Assembly (NCBI GenBank): GCA_002633005.1
Contig: NMRA01000026.1
Location: 907,432-971,431 of the forward strand
From: Phoronis australis
Lineage: Eukaryota > Animalia > Phoronida
Direction: 5' to 3'
Length of the DNA: 64,000 bases
In this document: positions 50,901 through 62,300 of the stretch, piece after piece
Layout: every line of letters begins with the position of its first letter
Numbering within the stretch: position 1 is the stretch's first letter
Translations under genes and position numbers: made by a program
The notes under the pieces: model-generated
Told to the model about the DNA's origin: nothing
Seen by the model: the letters and a program-made list of their open reading frames with translations, nothing else
The model's database searches: none

Positions 50901-53520
50901 TTTGTTTTTGTTCAGTGTAAAAAATTTTGTAATTAATGGCCTCACGATCACTCATTTTCTCTTTTACAGCAACGTGTATCAAAGAACCCAATGAAGATGT
51001 GATTGGTTAAATCAATTATTGTTTGGTGATTCGCCAATAGTTGAAAAAATGTTGGCTAAAAGTTAATTTATTTTATTATCATGTAATTTGATTTAGTGCA
51101 GTGGAAATTCTTAAAAACGCAAATGTGAGTGAAGGAAATAGTCAAGTTTCCTCGTGTATTCCAATTTCACGCATACGTGATCTTGAGATTAACTATGGAA
51201 GGATTCCAAGTTCATGCACAACAGTGACAGGTGACAAACACTCCCCAAAAGAGGGTGAATAAAGTGAATCAATGGATACACCTAATCAAAAAGCCTTTGA
51301 AATAAATTTGTGTCAAAAAACTACAGAAGGAAGTTTGTCACAATCCAACAGTACAACTGACAGAAAACAAAGTTTCAAGTCAGGATATACTGTGTCCAAG
51401 GATGTCATGAATAGGTAATAAAGGCAAGAATGACAGAAATGTTCAAAAGAGACCACAAAACGTTTGACTCTTATAAAAAATTTAAAGAAGTTACCAAAAA
51501 TTTTTGGTTTCAAAAGAAAGAAGCATCGAGTACGTTGAATTGTCGCTAGATGTCCCTGAATGTAGCATGTGGCAGTGCAGATAGCTGAGATGGAAAGCGT
51601 GATCGTCTCTGTTCGCTGGATTTACCTGACGCGACGAGAAATCCTGACTGCCTCTGTGGGACCTCCAGTTAACAACAATTTTTGGTAATTTGCTCTTGAT
51701 TTTTGAATGATAAGAATGAAACTTTATTCAATTATTTTTTCCTTTTAAGATGTTCAACGAATATAATAACATTTTACAATACAAAAATAGCTAAAAACAC
51801 AATCACACAGACACACGCAGGTACAGACATCACAGCCACACCTGGTATCAAGAAAATAGAGAAAAGGTTAGTTTACTCAAGTGATGAATCCTAGGGATCC
51901 ATCTTTCAGCAAATAATTTGCACAGACAATTACTTGAGCAAATTAAGTTCTTTATGCTTGAAATTTTTTTGAGAAGCTGCAAACAAGGGACACTTAATGT
52001 TGTTAATGATGATATAATATTTGAAACATATTACTGTCCAAATTAACCGAATCTAGGTCTTGAGCTATCCAGAAATTTCATACGATCATACGACCTGAAT
52101 ATTTACCTAGTGTATTCCTATTACCTGGAAAACTTCTCATCTCCTCCGATGGGCTGATGTAAAACATTGTGCCGAGAACTCTGGTGACGTGGTAACTTGA
52201 GAGAGTATAGACGGCATCAATAGGCATGAACAGAATTCCCGCCATTAATACTTTACATCAACCCTTCGAAGGAGACGAGAGGTCTCCGAGATACTATGAA
52301 TATTGGGTACTAAATATTCAGTCCAGCAGACAGGTCCTATTATCAATATGACCAAATTAATAACATTTTCTGCCTTAATGTTTGCCAAACAATACCTCGT
52401 TTTAGTCAAGTTCAGGAGATTCACCTATTATTGAACTGATGTCCTAATAAAATAATTTAGATTGAAGACGTGGGTATCAAGCTGAGCATGAATTTAAATA
52501 AGAACCCAAAACTGTGAACCCACCCTTATTAAGTACTGGTCGGCAACAAATGAGCGATCAAAGCTGACATTATGCCCAATGACCAGCCTGTCTATAGGAT
52601 CACTTTGACAATCCTCCAATGAGATCAAATCCTTCAGTGAAGGCTTCTGGGACCAGCTGAATGTCGTTGAAATCAGTCGATGGCTGCACCATGAGTACCT
52701 GACAGAATGATAAGGACACACGTTAAAAATTATTTTGCAGATATTTGGCTAAATGCAGCGACAAGCGATTCGTATAAAAATCAAACATCAAATTCTACAG
52801 GCTTTCCACTTTAAGAAAATATTTACTTTTATTAAGTTGTCGATAACGACCTATAGAACCTTACCAGGCCTTGTCTGACACAGCAGTAGCTAAGGTAGGA
52901 AACTGTCCTTCAGTGACCAGAGTCTCAATGTCAAATACTAAACATTGCTCTTGAGGGAATAGCACTCGTTCAGTTTGTCCGTTACTATCGTAGCGAGTCC
53001 AGCCAGCTACATACTGCCACTCTTTGGGCATCGGTGGTAGAACACACGATTGAATGTGATCTGCTTTTTCTTTGTAAGGTCTACTCTGGTCGCTAGCTAA
53101 TTTCCGGAAATGGTCATCGATGTTGTTTCCGTACAGTTTGGGTAATTTCAGGTCAACATCAGGTAACGATGAGCCGTCTTTGTCCCACAGATCATGGCTC
53201 TTCAAGTGACTGACCACTTTATCCAGATTTGGAAAACTGCCATCTGTTGGCTCAGAATCAGTTTTAAAAATTTGTCTGTGTAGAGATTCGCTTAGCATCT
53301 GTATATGAATTGGATTGAAGCGACTTTCAGGATGTTCACAAGCCTGAGTAGACTTGAAGCGTGACAAACAACACACAGTTGGAAGATGCTTTCCGAATGT
53401 GCTGGATATTTCAATGTTGTAACGTCTGCCACATCCAGTAATTGTCTGTTCTGTGATCTTCTTGCTTAGATTCAGCAGTGAAGAAAAGCTGGTACCACCT
53501 GATCTCTTCAACATGACCAT
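32902..53520 (-). CDS. POLG: Mitochondrial DNA polymerase gamma catalytic subunit (about 1147 aa, 20 coding exons)
   Basis: Exons 53520-52865, 52698-52524, 50584-50432, 49412-49272, 48555-48293, 47138-47021, 46384-46278, 45206-45134, 43910-43762, 43026-42855, 41713-41609, 40130-39919, 39100-38983, 38447-38312, 37998-37892, 36648-36494, 36104-35957, 35487-35236, 34322-34205 and 32987-32902; phases are consistent. Motifs: ExoI VFDIE, Exo[11 protein letters not shown], ExoIII YCASDV, PolA GADVDSQE, Pol[14 protein letters not shown], PolC SIHDEVRY. Confidence 0.97.
33270..33520. repeat. Foldback-like element made of inverted arrays of about 20-bp subrepeats
   Basis: atca(t/c)(g/a)ca(t/c)ac(g/a)aac units are followed by their reverse complements. 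The outer gaacctatgaatcatgcat pairs with atgcatgactcataggttc. Confidence 0.7.
34390..34813. mobile_element. Tc1/mariner-like MITE
   Basis: TIR ccaggattttcc / ggaaaatcctgg flanked by TA. Internal repeated aaataaacgccc. Confidence 0.65.
37520..37891. repeat. Degenerate tandem array of about 89 bp abutting a POLG splice donor
   Basis: agatgg(a/g)gctg-type cores at 37538, 37630, 37719 and 37807. agtggcctcac occurs at 37525 and at the real donor, 37881-37891. Confidence 0.75.
40368..40766. mobile_element. Degenerate Kolobok-like MITE
   Basis: ttaa-agccacata ... tatgtgggt-ttaa termini. Confidence 0.4.
44917..44992 (-). mobile_element. tRNA-derived SINE head or tRNA pseudogene
   Basis: The minus strand has A-box-like tggccttgtgg and B-box ggttcgagtcc at tRNA spacing. 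No clean acceptor stem. Confidence 0.5.
46155..46277 (-). repeat. Minisatellite of about 27 bp beginning at a POLG splice donor
   Basis: Minus-strand units: gtaagtgtattgtagccctcgggcatat / gtaagcgtgtgtactcctcgagcattt / gggagtgtgtgtacccattgggcatgt / gtaaatgggtgtacctgttgggcattt. Confidence 0.75.
49490..50000 (-). mobile_element. Decayed relative of the 57.5-59.1 kb Helentron-associated element
   Basis: gagtggtttgattgacagagagttggac and gccaatttcacaaaaatccttt match the reverse complement of the 57.9/58.4-kb monomers. gcccctagggggcac lies at about 49611. Confidence 0.5.
50812..51218. mobile_element. MITE with imperfect TIRs of about 55 bp
   Basis: tgaacttggaat...ttaatctcaagatc pairs with gatcttgagattaa...attccaagttca. 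Confidence 0.55.
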
Positions 53521-53702
53521 TCCTAAAAAGTGAGAAATGAGACATTTAACCAAATATACTTTGTTCGAATATTCATCGTAGAAAAGAATGTAAAAATTTT
53601 GAAAACCTTCACATTTCAAGCACATTAACACCTGTAACCTAAGAAAGGTACACGGAAAAAATGTCATTTTATCACGAATAAAATTGAAAAGGCCCTGGAA
53701 AT

Positions 53703-54468
53703 TGTTTACAATATGACAACATTGACTTACACATATGATTTTGGTATCGTTCAATTCCAACGTTATCTGTGCAAAATGCACAGAAATTTTTCCTACCCCG
53801 TTATCATAGTATTTTATTGTGAAATTTCTGCTCGCACTATTTCCCGGTAAGCAGCAGTAATACCGCCATGTTAAATGGAAGAAGTCAAATGGCGGTCAAA
53901 AACTGATCTAATCTACTGACTTCTGCAAATCGTCGCTTTTCATAAGATCAAATTGACCGAGACCCGTCAATCCCCTGCCCGAGTGACGGTCCCAAGGGTT
54001 CAAATTCGATCCTGGTGACCTTGATACACATCTGCTATCAAGAATCCGCGAAAAAAGCGGAGGTTGTTTTTGAGGTCCAAATTGGTGAAAAGGGTATCAC
54101 TTTTCAGACAATTTTGTGTCAAAATGGTCAAAATTATAAAAAATTGTAAAAGGTGAAATGCTGCTACTTAATTGTTCCTCGCTCTATATTGTCAGGAAAA
54201 CTTTAGCGGGAATCTCACGCGGGCAAACATCATTCAGAATCGATGATGCTGTTTCATTCATTAACAGCAGGTGTCCCTGTATTGAGTTGAGCTAACATGG
54301 CCGAGTCAACCGGGAAATAGTGTGAACGGTGTGAACCGTAATTTGACGAAAAAATCAAAGGAAACGCGGTAGGGGATACATTCATATATTTTTGGAAAGA
54401 TAACGCTTTTAAGAATTGAACGAAACCAATATCATGTGTGTAGGTCAATGTCGTCATATTGTAAACAA
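53703..54468. mobile_element. MITE-like element with imperfect inverted ends of about 110 bp, upstream of the POLG ATG exon
   Basis: ttgtttacaatatgacaacattgacttacacatatgattttggtatcgttcaattc pairs with gaattgaacgaaaccaatatcatgtgtgtaggtcaatgtcgtcatattgtaaacaa. Confidence 0.65.
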
Positions 54469-54699
54469 GGCTGATTTAAAGGTGCCTGTGACTGGTGAGG
54501 CTGTGCTAAGCAGGGCAGCAAGTGTCAATGACAGACTCAGTGAATCAAAGGTCGTTTTTTACAACAGAAAAAAACGGATTGTCAGGTTTCCAAATCATCT
54601 GAATTTTATCAAAGGTGGAGAACATGTCAGTAAACTTTCTTCACATCGCACTGTAGCACTTAGGAGACCATCTGACCGACCCAGAGACAGCACCAATCA

Positions 54700-54865
54700 C
54701 AGACCCAAAGTCACGCTTGCCGTTGTTGATGTTCTTGCACACTATATCCGGTAATTCCTAGGCATGCGCATTAGTTTTCCCGGAAGTAAATAGGACACTG
54801 AATTTAGTTTTAGGAAATGTGATAACGGGTTATCACTTTAGGGTTATGAACTTTAGCAGGTATGT
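54700..54865. promoter_or_regulatory. Putative POLG/DCAF12 bidirectional promoter
   Basis: NRF1-like gcatgcgca (54762-54770) sits next to ETS/GABP ccggaagt (54780-54787). A plus-strand donor cag/gtatgt at 54859/60 fits a non-coding first exon. Both ATG exons are preceded by acceptors. Confidence 0.5.
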
Positions 54866-55147
54866 GAAACTTTAACTTTCAGAAATATTGGATATGGCAT
54901 CGACCAAAGTCTGATAAATAAAGTATGATAATAGCCATGTTTGAAATTAAACACGTTACATGAAAAATATCAATTCAATCAAATGGCGTATTCCAACCCA
55001 CGCTATTTACTTTTTGACTGTACTTCGGGAGCAAGTTTTCGGTTATACAGAATTTGTTAAATGCACGATACTTTTCATTGTTCACAGTCTTTATTCCGTT
55101 ACATTCGTACTTTCGTAACAAAACTCTACTCTCAACTGAACATAGAT

Positions 55148-55748
55148 ACACAGTAACTGACCTAGCGACATAATTAAAAGACACACGATATTTCGAAACA
55201 TACTTGTTTAATTCTCAAGTGAAGATAAAATGACGCAGTAATGCCACCACAGAGTATAAGCTGACGACACACACAGTGAGACACGGCGGGTGTGAAATAC
55301 TGTAAAGAATGACTAATGAAGGGGGGTAACCGGAAAGTCACGCAAACAAGTGTAACGTGCGGCGTGACCCTGTTTGCTGCTCATTCAAAACAGGCTTCTC
55401 AAAAGCAATTAAAAGGGACTCTAATACTTTCAAACGCAGCTCATCTTGCAATTAAAAGGGACTCTAATACTTTCAAACGCAGCACATTGCTTTTGAGAAG
55501 CCTGTTTTGAATGAGCAGCAAACAGGGTCGCGCCGCACGTTACACTTGTTTGCGTGACTTTCCTGTTACCCCCCCTTCATTAGTCATTCTTTGCAGTATT
55601 TCACACCCGCCGTGTCTCACTGTGTGTGTCGTCAGCTTGTACTCTGTGGTGGCATTACTGCGTCATTTTATCTTCACTTGAGAATGAAACAAGTATGTTT
55701 CGAAATATCGTTTGTCTTTTAATTATGTCGCTAGGTCAGTTACTGTGT
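55148..55748. repeat. Long inverted repeat (arms of about 262 bp, 76-nt spacer)
   Basis: 55148-55409 pairs with 55486-55748 with 6 mismatches and one 1-nt indel. The centre holds a 36-bp direct duplication. Confidence 0.95.
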
Positions 55749-56321
55749 CTATTTACTTTTCATGTACAATTCCGTAGCCCAGTAGGCAGTAGAGCAGACG
55801 GTGGAGCTCCGGCTATAGCATAGGAGCTTCATACGCCGGAAGCTTTTCTGTGAATTATGCCTCTCACTGATTAAAACTTGAATGTCATGTTTGGCGTAAT
55901 AGCCGAGTTTGCCCGACCTCAGGAATCAAACCAGCGACCCCTGATAACCGGGGAGCGTGTTAACTAGAGAATTATGACATATAGATGGCGCTTGCTATTC
56001 GCCCTAGCCGCCATGTTTCTTTTACTTGCGAGTTATTTTCTACTAACCATTCAGCTAATAGGCAATTGCCCGTTAGCAAGTGGCTAACAGAGGCAGGCTC
56101 ATATATGATTCACCGGAAGCACTTTCACAACATGTTGTTATAAATACATTTTGCACATAGAGGGACACCTTAGGTTGAACTCTTTGTGTGGCTGGTGGTA
56201 TGACGTTATATTCCCTTGTGACTGTACGCGACATTTTGATTGATCAAAATTGTACTTAATGTCTTTAAATAATGCACGATCCTAATAATTGTATTTCCAG
56301 TCTCCTTGTTGAATCTCCGTC

Positions 56322-59300
56322 ATGGACCTGTTGAGGTTCACGTCCGACCGTCAGATCGGTCTAGGCACTCACTGTAAGCCTGAGGAGATCAGCTGCAAGC
56401 TGAGTCATGCACACCGATCTCTGGCCCCGGTGGACTTGTTCCACTACACCCAGGCTCGACAGTTGGGCAGGTACAGAGGCGACCCCAACCAGCTGGTGTC
56501 CGGCCACTTGGCGGTGACGATGCCCAGTCTGTTTGGAGAGAAAGACTATAATTTGGGCAAAATCAACAAGGTGTTCACTGCCCAGTGGCTATCTAGCAAA
56601 CAGGTGGTGATGGGTACAAAGTGCAATAAGGTACTGTATACATTGTTTTAATTATTACGCCATTTCTGTTGCTGTGTACTTAGCGTGAGGCTCATGCCTG
56701 TAACATCTCGCCAACATCAGTCTGACATAATTTAGCAAAATTGTCCTTCGTCCTATTGCATATAGGTTTCGAATATTGTTGCAATTGCCCACAGTTTCTC
56801 GAAACATTGTCTGATGGTGGCCAGGCCTTTATGCAGCGTATGTCCTGAGCATCCAAATGGACGCCCTAGCACTAATCTGGACTCCCTGGCAAGGATGCCC
56901 AATGTATCATTTGGCCGCCCGCTGTCAATAGGAACCTTTCAAGTTTGGACTCACACATTGTAATGAATACTAGGAAGCCTCTGAAGGCTCACAGTGGGCT
57001 CTTTTTTCAAAGCAGGAAGAAATATACAGTGTATATACAAAGTATATGTATTGTTGCTATTTTGACACTTGATTGACAGCATTGTAAAAGTCTTAGTCTA
57101 CACATTTTTTTTTAGTAAAAATGCTCACCTTAGAAGGCTGTAAAAACCTTGATCTATGCATTTTTTGTAACAAAATCTGTGTGTTCGGGGGTATTGCTGG
57201 GAGTGGGGAGTTACGCGTCGGAATCATGGATGCCCTGGAATATTGGAAACCCCATTTTGGACACCCTATTTTCAAAATCCTGGATAAAGGCCTGATGGTG
57301 GCTATGGCACAACACTGAAGAATGATAAATCATTTATTTAGGACTCTGCCACTTAAGTTTTATGTTTTATTAAAAAATAAACTTAAAAGTTTCACTTGTA
57401 AACCATATCATGTATTAAGTTGCTTAGATTTTACTGTAGTATTAGAATAATGCACGGGCATGTGTGTCTAGTCCTGGGTTATCAGCGCGCTCAATGATCC
57501 CATGTGGCTGTCTTGAACTAGGTGTTTTTATGCGCCCACATATTTATATGTGGACGCATTATGCCGTCATCTCTGTCCGTCCGTCCGTCCGGGCGGCGTC
57601 CGTCCGGTGTCCGGCGTCTGGCGTCCGGCGTCCGCTGCTCTATCTCCAAAACCCTTTGACATACGTTCATGAAATTTGGCACCTATGTTCCATTCATGAA
57701 TGGGACGGCATGTGCGAACTTTCGGACGGATCTGACTACCGGTGTGCCCCCTAGTGGCAATTTTATTTTTTTACGCTTACCTTTGTATTTTCAAAAGTCC
57801 TGAACGGATTTTCATGAAATTTGGTATGTAGGCACCTAGTAGTGAGATGACGCTATCCTGCCGTTTTCAGATGGATTCGACGTAGTTTGCGCCACCTAGT
57901 GGCCATTTTTAGTGTTTTCGAGTCTGTTTTTGTGCGCCCACCCCTCTATCAACCAAACCGCTCAAAGGATGATTGTGAAAATTGGCATGTATATGCTTAC
58001 TATGTAGAGGACGTTTGACGATGATTTTCCGACGATTTCGACTACTGTGGCGCCTCCTAGTGGCAGTTTTGTTTTTTTAGTGCCTATGGCTGTATCTCCT
58101 AAACCGTTCGTAGGATCTTTACGAAATTGTGTAAGTATATTTATATGATGTTAGCAACGAAAGATCACGACTTTTGGACGGATTCGACTACCGGTGTGCC
58201 CCCTGGTGGCAATTTTAGTTTTTTACGCTTACCTTTGTATCTTCAAAAGTCCTTAACGGATTTTCATGAAATTCGGTATGTAGGCACCTATTAGTGAGAT
58301 GACGCTATCCTCCTGTTTTCAGATGGATTCGACATAGTTTGCGCCACCTAGTGGCCATTTTTACTGTTTTCGAGTCTGAATTTTTGCGTCCACCCCTCTA
58401 TCAACCAAACCGCTCAAAGGATGATTGTGAAAATTGGCGTGTATGTGCTTACTATAAGGAAGACAGCTGACAATGATTTTCAGACGATTTGGACTACTGT
58501 GGCGCCTCCTAGTGGCAGTTTTGTTTTTTTGCGCCCATGGCTGTATCTCCCAAACCGTTTGCAGGATCTTTACTAAATTTAGCAAGTGTATTTATGTGAT
58601 GTTGACAACGGACGATGACGACTTTAGGATGATTCTGACTACCGGTATGCCTCTAGTGGCAATTTTAGTATTTGCCTCTAGTGGCAATTTTAGTATTTTA
58701 CATTGACCTCTGTATTTTCATAGGTCTTCAGGTGTATACTTTGTGTTACTTCGTGACTATGAAGGAAAAGTTCCAAGTAGAAATTTGTTTCTGGCATTCT
58801 AATGCTGTGCTAATCTCGTATGTTGGTAAATTTGTTTTTAATTCTTTCTTTCTGTGGTGCTTTAAGCAACTGGTGTATAGGATGTGCTTGTATTATGAAG
58901 ATTACTCACATTTTGCCCCTAGCCTATTGAGGAGACAAGGACCATGCCTTTCCATTTTGCAAAGTACAACATACTACATATATGCCCTCTACTGGCCACT
59001 TTATGGTACCAATAAACAACCCTAGAAGGATACCGTATGCGGTGCAATTGTGGGCGCATTTCAACGCTCTGCGTTGCTCTTGTTGTCCTTTTTATCAATT
59101 TTCACTGATTTAATAGTTAAATGGAATTCATGTCAACAACTTCTATGTCGAAATGGTTAAAGTTAAGTTTCCTGCTTGTAATATTTTAGATAATCTCTCC
59201 TCGGCTTTACTCAGCAAAATAGTTTTTGTCTGTTGTCGCATTTGCAAAGTAAGTTTTCGCGAAAAGTCATTTTTGTTGAGAAATTTGAGAACATTTCTCC

Positions 59301-62300
59301 TGTCTGTCATGTTGTGTCCTATACTGAAGAATTTTCACAATATTGCTTTGTTGTGCTACAGATCATGGTACTGGACCTGGTCAGTGGTCAGCTGGAGCAT
59401 ATACACAGTCTTAAGAGTAGCGATGAGAGTATACCAGCAGAGTGTCCCTGTGGTATACACTCCATAGTCATCAATCCATCCAAGAGTCTTGTAGCCACTG
59501 GGGCGGAGTACACCAACGACCTGGCCATCTATCGTCTGCCGACCTTTGATCCTGTCTGTCTAGGGGAGGTAGGATGATTTCGCGTGGCGTGCATGTCATG
59601 AGGCTAGGTTCATACGATTACAAGGGGTCATGGGAGTGAAAAGCAAATGAGTTTTACTCGTAAAATCATGACCTTACTAATCCGGAGAAGTAACATGGCC
59701 ACTATTGTTTGGATAAATAATGGGAGAAAGTTACCCAGAATTCCCGGTCATGAGGAGTGAGCACTAAGCAGAGTTCACTGCCATAGCAGCTTTTCGTCAT
59801 GTCTCGGAAGGAATGGAAATTTGCTGAATTGTTAGCGAGGTGAAGATGCCAGTAATTTTCGTTGTAAACGGAATTAGCTGCTGGGAAAACAGTGTTTTGT
59901 CTGATGACTTTGGGCGTGCATTGTATGTAGCGTTTATGGATTTTGAGTCTTCTTTTTCGTATTTGAATGCACAAGAACAGAAGAATGTTAGGAATTCAAG
60001 GACTCAGCATGTCACCTGACTACTAGAATGCAATCCATGCATTTTATACTCCGAGGACCTTTGCCGCTTCAGTGCTTTTGAGCTCCTTTAAATTTAAATG
60101 TCCATACTTGTGTAGCTGTTGCAAAAAGCATTATTCATTTAGGGTGTTCAGGCTAAGCTTGTTCTGTATGGCTGGAGCTTGTAAAACCACGATGTCACAA
60201 TACACCCCAATTGTGCGAAGGATTGTTTTTATATTTGCCTCACTATTAGACTGGTTGGCAGCTTGAATTAAATATATTAGAAAGGTTGTCTTGTCACCAC
60301 ACTTGGTCATTAGGTTGATCAAGTTTACCTAAGAGCGCCACCCTGTGTGTTTTATTGGAAAATTTTCATGCTCACTTCTAATGAATATTCAGAGAGTTTT
60401 GTTCTATAATACTATAATACTTTATTAACTTCATCTCCAAGGCTTCAGGATTAATAACATTTTATTCGTTATTTTTTAACATGTTTTTTACTGTTTATTG
60501 TCAATTTTTCAGAACATGAAATATCAGGCAGTGGCTATTAACATATAGGATATACAACTTGTTAAAACTGGGCTGAGGAGCTTGAGCCCAGACTCATGGA
60601 TCAAGCAGTGTCATCTATGGGGGGGGGGGGGANAAGAAACATATCCCAGATTTTGTAGCAAACTTGCGTGAGCACAATAAGACAGACGTTTCTCAATATA
60701 TGTTGGCAAAACACGTTCTCAAATGACAATTTATCGTTATTTTTATTTAATATTAACATAAAGAGCCTTTCAATTTTTAGTGAATACCACTTACCATAAC
60801 ATTGAAAAATCGTTCTCAAATTAGTCCTGTAGTCAAACTGGATGTAATTCCAGGTTGGCGAAAAAAATGGCAGTTCAGTATTGCTGGAGACAAGGATCTA
60901 CAAGTTGGCTTGTTGTAGCATGTCGTTTTATGTGCCATGTATGGAGTAATGAACTGTCAGTTCTTTGCAAACCAAAAAGAAAACATTCATTTGTCGAGTA
61001 ACAAACTGAGTCCAGTTTTGGAATGATAACGGGTCTAAATCGAAATATTACTTTCTTGGACGTAATGCAAATTTGTTGCCACTTGAAAACATAATGATGA
61101 GAGAACCTCAACCCTTCTGTGGTAGACTCCGCTCTGTGGGCCTATGTTGTCAAATGTGGGAAGTCGAGTCTTAGCTACGGCAGTTGAATGTAATTTCGAT
61201 TTTACTTTCTGAATTGCTTGCGTTAATGTGGCGCGTGAAGGCAGTCGTCATGACTGAGTCCTGTTCATAAAATGTCACGCTAGTGGACAACAGTGTAAGT
61301 GTATGCCGTTTTTCCTAAATTCCTATTACTGCAGGTTCCAGGGACAACCACATGGCACTGTGGTGTATAAAGGACGACGAGGACTGTAGCTACCCCTGTA
61401 TGAAGAGTCTTCACGTTCCTGAGTACAGCATACAGAAGCCTGTTATAGTTAAGTCGTGTAAAAAGGCGGAGAAAGTGCGGGCACTCGCTTACAATGAGCC
61501 TGGGCAGGTAACGAGAAGATGAAATCGTGCTACGTTACAAATGAAATATATTGGAGATACTTTGACATCTGTTTTTAGCAGCTATCCTATAGATGGCGCT
61601 GCATGTCACCAACGTATGTCAAGGTGATAGGAGCTGTGAAGCCCATAGTTTTCTCAAAGATATTGCTCTGATCAATTATTTTTCGGAAATAGTTGTGTGC
61701 AAGACCAAATTTCTGTCACTTTCATGAAACAGACTCTTGGTTTCCAAGGAATAAGTAAAAAAAATGTTTCATGGATCTCCACAAAACTCAGAATATGCAT
61801 TATTTTTCTCTAAATGAGGGGTGCACCTCTGGGACTGCATTCTAGGCGATCGGTGCATTAGCACTGAATGGCTACCTCTATTTCTAGAACTGTTCCATGT
61901 ATTTGTAGGAGATTGGTGAGTTGTCTCTAAATGACTACATGTACTGCTGGGACTGTCTCGTGTATTTGTAGGAGATTGGTGCGTTATCTCAGAATAGCTA
62001 CCTGTATCTCTGCGACTGTTTGGCGTATTTGTAGGAGATTGGTGCGTTATCTCTGAATGACTACCTGTATCGCTGGAACTATTTCGTGTATTTGTAGGAG
62101 ATTGGTGCACTATCTCTTAATGGCTATTTGCATCTCTGGGACATCAGTACATTCAAACAGAAACAGCACAAGAAACTGACCTACACTCGGGAGAATGTAT
62201 GCATGGCATACAGCTCACAGAGAGGTCTGTACGCGCTGGGCTCGCAGTCTCATGTGACTCTATTGGACCCACGGACGATGAAGAATTCGCAGTGTATTCT

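Noticed and set aside
52865-53520. Overlapping alternative-frame ORF like mammalian POLGARF
   Set aside because: The ORF track shows no long alternative frame over this exon.
53523-53781. N-terminal extension of the 306-aa POLG ORF
   Set aside because: It lies upstream of the acceptor at 53523-53524 and partly within a MITE. The probable start is the ATG at 53520.
57464-59025. Short ORFs inside the satellite-bearing element
   Set aside because: Chance frames in tandem repeats. No Rep or helicase motifs.
61769-62110. Repetitive 113-aa minus-strand ORF (THQSPTNT repeats)
   Set aside because: It is the antisense read-out of the 63-bp splice-junction array, with no independent sign of a gene.
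61836-62142. CRISPR-like appearance (constant 20-mer with variable intervening sequence)
   Set aside because: The 'spacers' are homologous to each other and to the DCAF12 exon. The context is eukaryotic and there are no cas genes.
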